A stretch of DNA of 64,000 bases from Lingula anatina (GCA_051362555.1 CM120649.1:10416001-10480000); one strand, 5' to 3'. Shown: positions 10,566-24,317, counted from the first letter of the stretch. Notes: generated by a model not told the origin, from the letters alone. Numbers and translations: made by a program.

Positions 10566-11939
10566 GGCCCACTTAAAAATTATATAAGAAGGAATAACGT
10601 CAGTTCTTCATTTTATTGCCTCAACTTCATAAGGCATTGGGTAATTACAGATGAAAAGGGAATGGCAAAACTGAAGTAGATGACTGCGTGCAATCTTGCT
10701 AGATCTCCAAGAGCGCTTTTAATCTGCAGCGTCAACATTCTGAAGCATTTTGTAAAATCTTCACCAGCACATTGCATCGTGATGTGAACAGTGAACAACT
10801 GACACAGTCGATACCATATGTGTCCGTCACTTTAGATGTCTCATCCTGAACTCACCAATTAAGTTTGTCAATAGAATCTATAACAAAACCATCTAAGAAA
10901 AGTGTCCTGATGTATGGTGAAACTCAGTGTGCAGAACGTTTGATGATAATTCCGACTTTTCAGCGTCACTCTTTGCCTAGTCTACGCCATATAAAAATTG
11001 TTTAGTATAGATGGCGCTATGCAAGAGGTGAGACTTAGGATTTGTAAAGGAGTGCGGCCAGTATCAGCAACAGGTCCACCGCCTGCTTTCTAAGAAACTC
11101 GTGCGAGGAGGGAGAGAGTTCTGGAACCGTAATAGATATGACCAGGGACCAGGCACTGTGACATATATATTGCGATATTTAGTAGAAAGACTCAAGGTCG
11201 AGAGCTTCAACGAAGCGTCAATCTGATTGGTTTAAAGTTAAGGAAACAATACAGGAACCGTCCAATGAAATTCTTTTATACAATAATTATTCCTGTTTAT
11301 TGTTTTAGTAAACAAAGCAAAGAGACAATGTCTACACAGTCGCTGGTGATTTTTATTTTTTATTCAATACTGAAATTCTGCAGCAAGTTCAATGTAAACC
11401 CACACGGCGCCTTTTTATCCGTCGTTCATGATTTTTTATGTGATTAATTAATATTCTTAAAAATTTCTTGTCACATGACGATTTGCTGATCATTCTGGTA
11501 ATGGTACAAATGTAGTTTACATCATAAACTACCAAATAAAGATACAGAATTCTATGTATCCCGTTAACATGATTTCTTTAATTTATTGTACATATTGCAG
11601 ATGATAGCTGATATGGAAAATGAAATAAATAAAGAAGAACAGTGTGCTCGTAAGTTGTGTGCGTGTTTGTATAATCAGACTGTATGTGTTTTATAATACA
11701 ACGGGCCTAAAACTACTCTTGCATTTTTTGTTGTTATATAAATAAAAAAAAGATTTAATTTGTTCATAATGAGAAAGTAAGATATCCTATTCTTTATTTA
11801 CATTAATTAAGTGACCAGTTTGAATGTCTGTAATGTAAATATCAAAAACGATATATTGATAGTATTTCTTTCTATTTTACTTTTTACTTTGAACAGCAAA
11901 GGCCACTGTAAGAGTTTTCTTAACCAACAACTAATGGCG

Positions 11940-13230
11940 AATATCGGTTAACCGAGACAAAACACAAGTTGTGCACTTTCGAACAAAAACCACTCAATGT
12001 ACTGGAGCAAATTTCAATTGTGGGAACATTGTCGTTGTCGTTGCTGAAAGGTATAAATACCTAGGCTTGTGGTTTACTGAGCATTTAGATATGCATTTTA
12101 CCGTATCAGAGCTAACGAAGTCAGCGAGCAGAGCGTTATTTGCCCTACAGTCAAAGTACTTTCTTGTTGGTGGTATGTGCTTTGAGGTGTACAATAAGTT
12201 ATATAAGACATTAATTGAACCTGTTATGTATTATGGGAGCGCTGTCTGGGGTTTATCGTCCTTTCCCAAGCTAGACTCGTTACAAGCTAGAGCTGGAAAA
12301 TTCTTTCTCGGAGTGCGTAAACACACTACAAACATTGCTGTAAGAGGGGAGATGGGTTGGCCCTCAAACTTAACTAATCAACGTACGGAAGTCTTAAGGT
12401 ACTGGAATAAACTAAAGACATCAGATGAAACCAGGCTAATAACAAAAATCCACAAATGGTCGCTTTATAAACCGCGCACCTGGGAAAGTAGAGTGTTGTC
12501 GCTTCTGTCTCAGATGGAACTATATACGGAGGGAGACCTTGTCAACATTTCTTTGGCAAAAATAGTTTTAAAAACTGCGGATGAAAATTTATGGAAAATT
12601 AAGATGTGGGACGACAAAAAGTGCACAAATGGCAATAAACTACGAACATATAGAACATTTAAAGGTGAACTTGTGACAGAATCTTATTTGCATAATAACT
12701 ATCTGACTAGAGCACAACGACGGACCTTTGCTTCACTACGCTGTGGAAGCGCACCCCTCAGAGTGGAAGCTGGGCGTTATTCTAATACACCACTAAATGA
12801 GCGCATATGCGTTTATTGTTCTTGTAATGAAATAGAGAGTGAGAAACATTTTTTAATTAACTGTGAGCTCTATAAAGACATCAGAGAAGAGCTTTTTAAC
12901 CTTGCAAATCAAATAGACGGAAATTTTAATGTTTTTAATAACTATGAAAAGTTTATATTTCTTATGCAAAACGAACAAATACAATTTTATACAGCAAAAA
13001 AAGCACATGCAATGATGTGGAAAAGAAGCAAAGTTAACAACAAAGAAAGGGTTTAAAGTTTCATTTATAATATCCTTTTTTACGTATTTTATTGATAAGT
13101 AACAATTTTAATGAACTTCTTTGAATTTTAAATGCAGTAGCACGGGTTTTAGTCTCTCATAACCCTTAGCAGGGTGGGTTTTATTTATTTAAAACGTGAG
13201 ACGTTAATAAAATTATTATTATTATTATTA
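11940..13230 (+). mobile_element. 5'-truncated non-LTR retrotransposon (LINE, possibly RTE-X-like): end of the RT domain plus C-terminal CCHC knuckle
   Basis: ORF 11971-13056 has the YKYLG motif, a thumb-like FFLGV...TTNIAVRGEMG region and CVYC-x8-H-x4-C. It is followed by a 3'UTR, AATAAA at ~13206 and an (ATT)n tail at 13212-13230. The catalytic YADD and the endonuclease are absent. Clade assignment is tentative. Confidence 0.9.
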
Positions 13231-13254
13231 CTATTTAAAGGCCAATTAAAGTGG

Positions 13255-13362
13255 TGGGCAGGGGAACTGCCCTCGGGGGATGGGACCCCCAGAAAGGTGT
13301 GAACCTGTCAAGGTTCACTGATATGGGAGTCCCATCCCTCAGGGCAGAGTTTCTCCTGCCCA
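13255..13362. repeat. GC-rich long imperfect hairpin (~50-bp arms, 4-nt loop)
   Basis: TGGGCAGGGGAACTGCCCTCGGGGGATGGGACCCCCA...GTGAACCT-GTCA-AGGTTCAC...TGGGAGTCCCATCCCTCAGGGCAG...CCTGCCCA; the arms are reverse-complementary. Confidence 0.85.
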
Positions 13363-13964
13363 AGGGCTCAAATGTGGAATGGAAATTCATTAAGCCACAA
13401 AATGTAAGTACATGGACCTAATTAGGTCCATGGTAAGTATATATGAAGTATATATAAGTATATAATGATCTCGGGTAAAAATTTTCTTTGAAATTGAAAA
13501 ATAAAATTTAAAGTCTGATACGTTTAAGTATTTATTAAAACCTTCATTCATTTCTTCTAGTGTATTTATCAGTTGGTTGTATATATTTGTAAACATTTTA
13601 TTTTACATTTTAGACATTAACATATCTTTAAGTTATTTATTTGTTTGTTTTTTCATTCTTTCATGCATTCTTTAAATTTATTCAGCCTTACCACCCTGGG
13701 TCTGGCTGGACATGGGAGCCTGAACCCTTCAGGAACAGGTGCCTCCAGGTGACCACTAAGGACAGCATGGAAGTGACCTGTACTTGGGGAGAACTGGGCA
13801 TGGAAATAAAAGGTGCTTGAACTCATAATTCTCGTAACCTTTTAAATCTGTCATGTACAACATTTGGAAATAAAAGATTACTTGAGCTCACTATCCTATA
13901 AAAAAACTGTAGAAAAATGATGAAATGGACGTCCTTTAATGTTAGTAAGTATTATACATTTCAG

Positions 13965-14075
13965 CTCCAAAGAATCGCCGCCAATCTAGGTGGAGGAGGG
14001 TATTGAATCTGTTCACGTCTTGCTTCAGACGGAGGGCACAAACATAAATGGCTATTATTATTATTATTATTATTT
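13965..14075 (+). mobile_element. Short 3' remnant of an RTE-like LINE
   Basis: Reads RRQSRWRRVLNL (cf. the RTE C-terminal DR..WR..V motif), followed shortly by a (TAT)n tail. Confidence 0.45.
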
Positions 14076-15485
14076 ATTAATTAATCAAATAATTCTAAAC
14101 ACTTCAGACATTTAAATTCTTATAAGAAATAAAGTAAAAGTCAACAGTATTTTTAAAAGAATACATTTATTATACATTTACAGAGAAGTTCTTTTTGTCT
14201 GTCTATTTGTTTTGATGGTATCATAACTAAGTAAGCTTTCAGTTTTTTAGAGGAAAACTATGTCAAACAGCTGGTAAAACTGTACATTAAAGCAGTAAAT
14301 TAATTATATCACAGCAGCCAGGAGCTGGTGGTTGTAAAGTTACTGTCAACATCTATTTACACCTAACTGAATACACATTTTAACTGAATTATATTTTAAA
14401 ATCTAATCTTTTATTTTTCAGGGTTGTCAGTGCAGAACTATCATTACCTCTGTAGAAGCCAGTTAAAAACTGCAAAATGCCATTCTCTAAATTTTACAAT
14501 AAAATATTAATTTTTGTAATGAAATGAGTTTTTTTTTCTTAATTGAGGGTACCATTGGGGAGGGGTGATCAGGAAATATAATCATTAATGTACAAATCAC
14601 AGTAAATAAAACTTTATTTGTATCTCACTGACAATGCTAGTTGAAAATCCTGAAAATGATCTGGTATAAGGCTTTGTTTCACGAAGGGCAAAGAATAAAA
14701 AGCTGCATTTTTGAGTCACACAAATTAGTCACTTCAAGGATTACACTAAATAATATGGACTTTTCATGTATCTCGTTGATATAAAACATTATTTTCATGG
14801 GTAACAATATACCCAATGGGTCTCTTTTGATCAAAAAAAATTTTGAAAAAGCATAATATAGCGATTCTTGTGTAAAGGCATTTGGAACGTCATGCAAGAA
14901 GCCAGCACTTTACTTTTATTACTAGAAATGAAGCACTATAGTAATTACCTTATTCCAATACACCAACATTTGATTTCTGATTCAAGTTTATCTGAAATTT
15001 TTTATCAAATTCTTTTTTACATTTCATTTATTAAACTTAAGAAATAGACTATACATGGTACAAACTTTTGTTCAAATACATACATAAACACTCATACTCA
15101 CACACATGTACCCTACGGCTCAATTACTGATAACTTAATTCACTTTCGGTTTTATATTCCAGTATGTTCATGTTTAAATACAATATATTAGATATATAGT
15201 TCAAACTCCTAGGAATTTACTTGAAAAGTAAACTTGCTTTAGATGAAAACGGCTTTCTAGATCACTTGCAACTTTTACAGATAATGAGCCCGTTTTAATT
15301 AACTTTTATACGTGTAATATTGAGAGTATTTAACGTTTAATGCATCTGGTGGCTACAGTGGAGGAACGAGGAAAACACTCCAACGTTATTAGCACCACCG
15401 GTCAAATAATTGAGAGAGATATCTCCCAACTGGATGATATCTTGAAAAACAGAATGGAGAAAACAAAATGAATTGTGGGGATCCA

Positions 15486-15656
15486 ACAGGAGCAGATCCA
15501 GAGATATTTTCTGACAGTATTCCAAAGTATCTTTGTTGATCCATCCACCACTTTTGATGGTCTTCCAACAGAAAAAAAAATTGATACCAGTCAATGTAAA
15601 CTTTAAAATCTGACCGTCATCTGAAAGAGCCAGAAGACGGCCTCAATCCACCCCTG
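15486..15656 (+). mobile_element. ~170-bp MITE with degenerate CAGGGGCGGATCC-type TIRs (hAT-like)
   Basis: CAGGAGCAGATCCAG...AATCCACCCCTG. It aligns along its full length with the reverse complement of 34011-34178. Confidence 0.75.
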
Positions 15657-15659
15657 CAA

Positions 15660-17996
15660 TAAGATTACAGTTTCTGGACCATGAGAGTTCAAATTCACAT
15701 AATGAAAATCCCAATATTTGAAAAATGTTGACAGTGCATAAAATAATATTACATATTGTTTAAAGACATCAAAACCTATGCAACTGCTTATGTGGAAATA
15801 CAGAAAATCTGAAGAGCTTCAGGTGGATGGGAGTTGAAAATGCCAGTGTTTAGAAAAAAATTAAAAAGAAAACACAACAACAACAACAAAAAATTCCAAT
15901 AAAGCTGCTATTCAAACTTTTAATCTTGCTGTATTAACATGATATGAATAATCCCAATGTGTTTGAGGATAATAAGGCACTGTTATTCATCTATAGCATT
16001 AATGTTGGCATTACACATTTTTTTTTCTTTTGTAAACTTATTTGCAATATTAAACAACATTTACCTGCATAATAATCACCAATTCCTAATTATGTGACAC
16101 AGTTAAGAGAGCTTAACCTATAGGACTTGAATGGGAAATCTCAACGTGTGTTTTATGTAATCTTATTTAATGGGCACTTGAAAATTAATTAGGCAAGTAA
16201 TTTTATAGCTCTGAATTTAGCTAGTGATTATCCCAAGGGACAATTACCACCATCCATAAACAGTAGCCCCATATAGCACTCTATAGAGTTGCATTGCTTC
16301 CAAAACAGAAAACAATCACACTGATTTCCAACACAAGCTACACTTCAGTCCTATGAAACTTTTCAGTAAGTTAGAATATCATAAGTAAAATGTTTTTTCC
16401 TTAATGGTCATCCCAGCAGCAATGTCCAAAAAAGGTTTTTTTCATCTTTTATGCAATTTAACATAATGCTTAACAGCACAATGGCCATCAATTTTTAATA
16501 ATATAGTAAATGTATCATAGCTATTCAAAAGATGTGACTAGCAATGGTATTCAAGCCAATGGAAGTTCAAAGACTAAGTCACACCTTGAAAATGTCCATA
16601 TGTGAAAATTTTAATTGTAACAAAAAACTATATAATTTCCAAGAAAGTTAACCGATATAACAGGTTTTCCAACTGAAGCTATAATTTAGTGCTATGCTAC
16701 ATTTCTGTAAGTTTGAGAAGAGTAAGTGACTTGGTTTTCCTTTAATGGTCACTATGGAGGCATTGTCTAAAATGGGGTCGTCTTCAATTTTGATGCAATA
16801 TTACATAATGCTTAACAGCATAATGACCATCAATTTTTAATAATAAAATAAAAGTATCATGGATATTCAGAAAATTTGATATGGAAAGGTCTTCAGGACC
16901 ATGGAAGTTCAGAGTCACAACTTCAAAATGCCAAAATGTACACAAGAGATAACTGTACTGAAATGAATTTCTTTCCACTTTCAACACTTTTTTTCATATA
17001 TCAAAATAATCAATTTACTGTCATTTTTAAATTATCAACTAAGAAAGTTGTTGACATAGGAAAAATATCAATAAAACAATTTTAAATGTCCAATTTGTTC
17101 CATTCTGAGATTCTGAACATGGTGAATGATTGAATCTGACAAACTGTAAAGATATGAGTTTATTTCCATTTTTGACACTTTATTACACAATGCACAATAA
17201 CAGGTTTACCATCATTTTTATATAATCAACTAACAATATTGTTAAGATGCAGAAAATGTCAAAAGAACACCTTTATACTACTAATTAGTTCACAAATGAG
17301 ATTGTTAACATGCCTAAGAATTAAATCCGAGGAAAAAAGACTTATATATAAAAAAAAGGCACAATTTCACCAAAACTGAACCGATCAAGCTTATTTTCAA
17401 ACCTCATCTGTATTTTAGTAAATCTGATCACCCCTGTGAATTTCAAGACGATTGGCCAATTGATTTTCCTTGAAATGTGTTATCGGTGTTGCACATATGC
17501 TGAAATAATGAAAAAACAGCATAACTTCCATAAAAATGGCCCGATCAGGCTGATTTTCAAACTTGACCTGCGTATTATGAATATTCATCATTTCAGTAAC
17601 TTATAAACCAAAAAGTAAAACGATTTTTCGGTTATCGTGTTATCGGTGTTGCATTTATGCTGAAAAAAATGAAAAAAATAGCATAACTTCCACAAATATG
17701 GCCCGATCATGCTGATTTCGTACTTGACCTGCATATTATGAATATTCATCAGTTTTGTAAGTTTCAAGCCAAAAAGTAAAATGGTTTTCCACTTATCGTG
17801 TTATCACTGCTGCATATATGCTGAAAAAAGTGAAAAAACAGCATAACTTCCCTACAAGTGACCTGATCATGCTGATTTTCGAATTTGACCTGCGTATTAT
17901 AAATATTTAACAATTCTGTAAGTTTCAAGCTGAAATGAAAAACAGTTTTCCACTTATCGTGTTATCGGTAAAAGTGCACGGCGACGACATAAAAAG
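15660..17996 (-). mobile_element. Second HINE copy; left end missing and right end internally deleted
   Basis: 16340-17300 is colinear with 9000-10000. It has ~160-bp cores (17517, 17679, 17838) and ends AAAGTGCACGGCGACGACATAAAAA. Confidence 0.8.
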
Positions 17997-18303
17997 TACT
18001 GTAAATAGCGGCAACTTTCTTTTTTAACACAATTCCTTTTCTGTCATTTTTCAAAATGATAAAAGGATTTAAAATCTTTTACAACACCCTGCTTTTCAAC
18101 AATCTTTTACTCACAGTACGCTTTGAAATATGTGCTGGAAGTAGCTACATCTCTTTACTTTTCTCGTCCCAAAAACGTTACCAACGCTCTCAGTTCAGGT
18201 CCATCCTTTAAAATAAAATGATCTATTGTATAAAATATATATATAACATGAGTAAAACATGATTAAGACCATAACACTTACTATAGTATAATCAAAATTC
18301 TCC

Positions 18304-18305
<2 letters not shown>

Positions 18306-18352
<47 letters not shown>
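18306..18352. repeat. Poly-C run followed by (CA)n
   Basis: Directly visible. Confidence 0.95.
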
Positions 18353-21300
18353 AATACAATATCTACTGCCATACAAACTCAGCGTGTGTAGGAGTGAAAG
18401 CTAAAGAAGATCAAGTTCACGGATAGGATATGCCATGTAAGGGGATATAGGTTATATCCTTTTGCGTTTCTTTATTCTGTCAATTTTGAGAAGAAATATC
18501 AGTGTCTTGTATTACACTTAGTCAATATAAATTTTTAAAAAAGTCAATTTTCCTCCCTCTATTACGTAATTCGTCAGATGTAATAAAATACAGCATTTCC
18601 CCAGAAAACCTTTACCCCCTTTTGTGTGAATGCAATGTGCCGTCTGCAGAGCTCAGCGTCTGCCACCACACTGGATGCTCGCTTCCCGGGAGCTGAACAG
18701 TTAACGCGGTCTGAAAAATTTTAGGGAGAGTCAGATGAAATGGAGAGGAACTGTGGCATGTATAAAATTCTACGTGTTGAAGCTGGAGATGTGGGCTAGT
18801 TAAACTCTTTCCTTTAAAAGTGCTCAATATACTCTGCCTTTTACCAACCCTATGCAACCGAAATATTTTGCTGGCATCTTGATACATTTTCCACTACTGT
18901 CTCCCCCGTAAAACAGTCCATACTAAAAAATCAATAATCGTATGGCAATTTTATACAGGCAATTGACCTACTTGTATACCCATGCAGTTATCAACGAGTT
19001 TTATGGCTGTGGAGCGAAAGCGTGATACACATCAGTGATATAAAAAAAATTATTTCTAATTACACAATTTACGATCAGTGCATATGACTCAAAAGTGTCC
19101 CGATTTGTGAGCTTAAGGGACATTACTTTTTGCAAGTAATGAAAAAATTGGAAGCAAGCCAAAATCAGAAAAAATGCATTTTTTCTCTTATATGCAAATT
19201 AGGTTCCTTGAAGTAATATATGACTGGCCGGAAGTGATGTTCATATCAGAGATTTGTAATGATGATGATCTTAATGATAATTAATGATGATTAAATACTC
19301 TTATTAAAGTTTTCAGTTGTCATCTGGTGTGAAAGAAATTTTCTGCACTAACACAATCATTCCACAAGTGAAAAATAGATAGTAAACGCGCCTCGGAGAT
19401 GCACTGCATTCGTCCCAGCTTTTGGGTGAAAATCACATGATGTAAAAATATGCGTACGTGTTTAAGTCTTCCATTAAGATTTTGACTGCACTTCTATTTA
19501 TCTGGTTCGACTAGGGTGACTTTTATTGGGATATTTTCTTTCTCTTTTTTTAAGCGAAAACTAGGCATAAAAGTCAAAATATTCAGAAGTAAAAAGATTT
19601 CAAAGTTTAAAATCTTCTTGGTCACTCGTCGTGGTGGTTCACGGGGAAATTTTAAGACAACTTACATTTGTATAAATTGATAATCATCCGATTACGCGCT
19701 TTTTAATTATGTTCGTGATACACAAGTAAATTGCGCTCAAACTTAAAACCGCCGTGACTTGTGTCAAAATTACATTTTACATTAGACAATTAAATTTTTG
19801 GATTGTGTCAGATGTGTTTTTTAGTCTTCTCTTACTGTTTAAGTGCGGAAAACAGGCCTGTTTGTTGTAAATAAAGTTTAATATAAGCAACAAGTGAAGT
19901 CTTGAGTCGTTATTCTCACAACATTTGGATTTTTTACCTTCTTAATTTTTTTAACAAAGTCAAGTTGTTACGTTGTCTATGATTAAACAAACAAATATCA
20001 CATATATCACATAGATATACTTTATAAACATGTCTGCAGCTGCCACCACTTAAATTTTTCTGTCTAGGAAACTCACTGTTGTACGGAATATGTTTATTTA
20101 TTTAAAAACAGGTGTATATGTGCTTGTCTAGATACAGGTAATCTACATGTAGAGGAAGAAGAAGGTCTTTTCGATATTTCGGCTACACGTAAGACTTGAC
20201 GAAACACCCCTTGATGACTTTTATTTTATAAGTTTTTCTGTCTACGTGTACTTTGTGATAGCCCTGTAAAAAATGTAAGCATGGTTTAATTATGAATTTT
20301 AGAAAAAAATAGTAGAATACTACGCAAAAATAAGTTAACACAAAAAGAAACAAAAGAAATAAGATGATTGATATATCCTTCCCAAAACCTTTCGACAGGA
20401 TTTAATAGGAGGCGTTCTATCGATACTACACTGAAGGCATCTGTTAATGTTTTTTTTTGTATCGAAATACTCTAAATGCAGCAGAATCATCATATCAAAA
20501 ACACCCAAAAAGTGATAACTCATATCCACCGGAGAAGTGTATTTTCATTTTATTTCCGTTATTAGATTATAAATTTAATTCTCATGCCTAGATTACATTT
20601 GAAAAGCGTACTGCGCGATGAAATCGTAAACGATTTTCCATGCTTTTTTTAAAATTTTATTTTGCATCGTAAGTGGCTACGGGCTACGGCGAATACGTTT
20701 ACATTACAAAACAGTGTTACTTTTTACACAGATAATAAGGAATTTAATCTCGAGCTGGTCCAACCATTGTACTTTATATCTGCTCATTAATGACAAAATC
20801 CCCGCAATACTACTGGTACACAACAAGTAGACTGTCCTGTAGGTAGCTGCAAATCAGTCAATGGTACACAATGCTTTAAAGACTTCTTTAAAGACTTCTG
20901 CTGCTGTTACACAGAGACGAAGTAAATATAAAACATTGATGCATGTATCAGACTATCTCAGAAATAGATTATTTACTAGAATAAAACGGCGATTGTTTTA
21001 TTTATCATTACTTTTACATTAGACTGAGGTCTGGGTTTTATTCTACCGGATTCCATTGCTGACGAAATCAATACTGGAGAAGACGTAAAGCGGTTATATT
21101 GACGTAGATAAAGATATTAAATCCTAACTTGAGCTTTAACTAAAGCGTTTTACGTAACAGACAAGGGGTTAAACTGAACAGATGCACAGGTTCAATAATG
21201 ATGTATCATCCTCACCGGTCTTCTCTTGAAGGATGACGGCGCCGTCCTTGTGAAAAACGTAAAGCGTGTTCTGGGGTTACCAGACACCTTTTTTTTTCTA

Positions 21301-23323
21301 GACCTTCTTCATGCCATTTTCTTTAGTTTTTTTTTTCTTTTACAGATCTTGTATCAATGCTCCAACTTGAACATTCCCGGGCCCATCATAATACGTTGAT
21401 AAAAAACGAATAAAGCAATGAAGTGAGGGCATTGTCTACAATAAAACACCAACACTAAAAGTAATAATAAAAGATACCGAAATTTCTTCTTATTGTTGTC
21501 TTTTTCCCGTCATTCATTGTAGTCTAAATCATCATTTTGTGCATTGTCTTCAAATATTCATGAAGCCCAGATTTTGGGAGAGGGGCAACTGTCGCAATGA
21601 AGCCCACGTAATCCTTTAGCTAATTTCATTTACAAGCACACTTACCACATCGTCACCATGATAACAATATAAGCTCTTTCTGTAAAATAGCAAAATTTCT
21701 GTCCACATTCAAATGATTTTGTAAGAATGAAAACATCAATTGAATAACATGACTATAAAACAATGTTATGAGATATGGTATGTTTAACCTGAAGCTAGGG
21801 GATGAACAAGGACAGTGAGAAGTCGTTCTCTGTAATGGTTTCCTGACAACTCCTCTAGGTGCAACCTTATCAGTAAAATACGTCAGGGGGTGTTCCATGC
21901 CAAGTAAGTGTCTCGTCTGTCAAGCTGCAGGCAAATATGACATCAGTGCAAACATTGAATCGCCGAGTAGGAGAAGGGGTTGGGGGCAACGAAAAAATTA
22001 CTCACTTGAAGTTGGCTATCGACTGACTGGGGTCTCGGTCCTCAATGAAATGTATCAAGAATTTGTTTATAAATATGTAAAGTGGTAAAGAAATGAACAG
22101 GGCCCATCATCCTCTTCTCCGCTAAGAACTGACGTGGCTGAAAATGTAAGGGCGGGGTGGGGAGGGGAATAAACTCCTATCCCCCCCCCCCCCCGCCCCT
22201 GCAAATATTTTTCTCAGCCTACTGTCCTTATCATATAGAAATAAAGAAATACAGTGTTAGGTATGTGTGATGTAAATGGAAATGACTTTTATTTTATTTA
22301 TTTATTTAGTTAGTTAGTTAGTTATTAGTTTTGGAAACTTTTAAGGTCAGACTGAAAGAGTGCTTTTTTATGCAAGAATGATAACTTATAGAATATCTCT
22401 AAACCGAAATCTTAAGAATGGAGATACTCATAATAAACGCGTCTGCTTTCTCTAAATTTCGTTATTTGCATCACAGGCTGATGATTAAAAAAAGGTAGAC
22501 ATGAAGACATTTAATATGAACATAAATTTGTGTTGTACTAATATGCGAATATAGAGTAGAAACTGAGAATGTCTTACTACTGGAAGAAACTACACTGGGT
22601 TTATTTCACAACTCAAATTTTCAGTTAATGCAGATAAGGAAATGACAGACAAAGTGAAAGCTGAAATGACACACCAAACGAAACCATTGAATATTGTCAC
22701 AGAAAAGCAAAGTGTATATAAAAACGGCCAATATATTACCTTTAAAGAGGTTTTTAATACTTCTAATTATTATCTATTTTGACCTTGGATTTAACATATG
22801 CATTATTGCAAACTTAATTCATTATCGTGTATTTATTTATTTATTTATTATTTTATCTATTTTACATCTTGTGGGTAATTATCCTGTGCCTTATTCCCTT
22901 ATTCTTTCTTACGGGTCAACACACTCCATGCCATAGAGTTGCTGTGTACATGTAACTGAAGGATAGCCTTTGGAGTCTACAATACAAAGTAAAATGTGTC
23001 CCTCAAAACAAGGTGGGACTACAGAACTATACTGGCGCAGAGCAGATTTTCAATTTCTTTTGGATTTCAAACTCTTTCCTTTGCTCTCAATCTTCTAAAC
23101 ATCTAAACTGAACAGTCCTCCTGCAGACAATCTCCAACCGCAAGCGTAGCTTGGATTCATTTTTAACATAACTAAAAAATGCCTGCTTGTATAGAAATGT
23201 AAGACCGAGACTTTTTAATTTAAACACAGGCACCCTAAACTGTAAAAGATATCTGTTTTTTGCACATGCCTATACACTGTATTTACTCATTAATGACGCC
23301 TAATTTTAATTTACTAATTTAAA

Positions 23324-23741
23324 TAATCCTGGGGACAGTCCGCTCTCTACGGCGTTTTCATTGTTCGACAGCTATACTTGATCACCAGTATGATGATTGA
23401 CGTTTGTTTATATAACTGCCAATCAAGCCATCCACTTTTAATGGCTTTGATTGGCACCTCTCAATCACAGGAAGTAAAAGCTCCTTTGCAGGATGATTGT
23501 GATTGACGTTTGCTTAACTAACCGTCAATCAAGCTGTCAAATTTGACAGCTTTGATTGACACCTATCAATCACAGGAGATAAAAGTTCTTTGGCGGTATG
23601 GATGTGATTGACGTATGTTTACTCAAACTGTCAAATTTGACAGCTTTGATTGATATCTATCAATCACGAGATGTTAGAGTTGTTTTATTCTACAAAGAAA
23701 TTGTAGGAGCCGTCCGCACTGGACAGATTCCCCCAGGACTG
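23324..23741. mobile_element. Non-autonomous DNA element with T/C-A-R-TCCTGGGG termini and three internal palindromic subrepeats
   Basis: Ends are TAATCCTGGGG and CCCCAGGACTG. Internal ~105-bp units TGATTGACG...CAATCAAGC...GCTTTGATTG...TCAATCAC start at ~23394, 23499 and 23605. Superfamily uncertain (termini are reminiscent of Academ). Confidence 0.6.
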
Positions 23742-24317
23742 GAATTTTTAAGAAAATAATAAAGCTTGATGAAAGTATTGATCAAATAGGCCCATGTTCA
23801 TTAATATAAAGCGTGTTACTATATATTGGTAAAATTTTACAAGGAATTAGCTTCTTAGATAGAGATAGCTTCTCGATCCTGGACAACGTCTCGACGTGGA
23901 TTCCCAGAGAAAAAAACATACATCGCCTGCAGGGGCCTCAAGTACGGTTACCACTGTTACATGGTACTCTTTTTTCATATAAATGAAATTCATGACATTT
24001 GGAAACTTTTGAAATAGGTGAATTCAGTACAAAAAGTTTCGCGTATTTAAAAAAATTATTATGAGACTCCGAAGAAATTATAAGAAAAATGATCATATCA
24101 GCGTCCTCTATCATTTATCACTGTCTTCACTAGCACAATATGATGAAATTCATGGACAACGTCACAATCATGTTGATAAAGTTTCTGAGGTCAAATACTG
24201 TAGCATTAACCCTGTTGTAACTCAACTTCCTCTATTTTCCCGGACCATTACATACCTGTCAACATTGACAATTGCCAGAGAGGAAGATTCCCGCGCACGA
24301 CCTACGTCCCCAACTCC

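Noticed and set aside
22005-22137. Kunitz domain suggested by EEDDGPC
   Set aside because: The remaining Kunitz motifs (F.YGGC.GN.N.F) are absent and the frame stops early.
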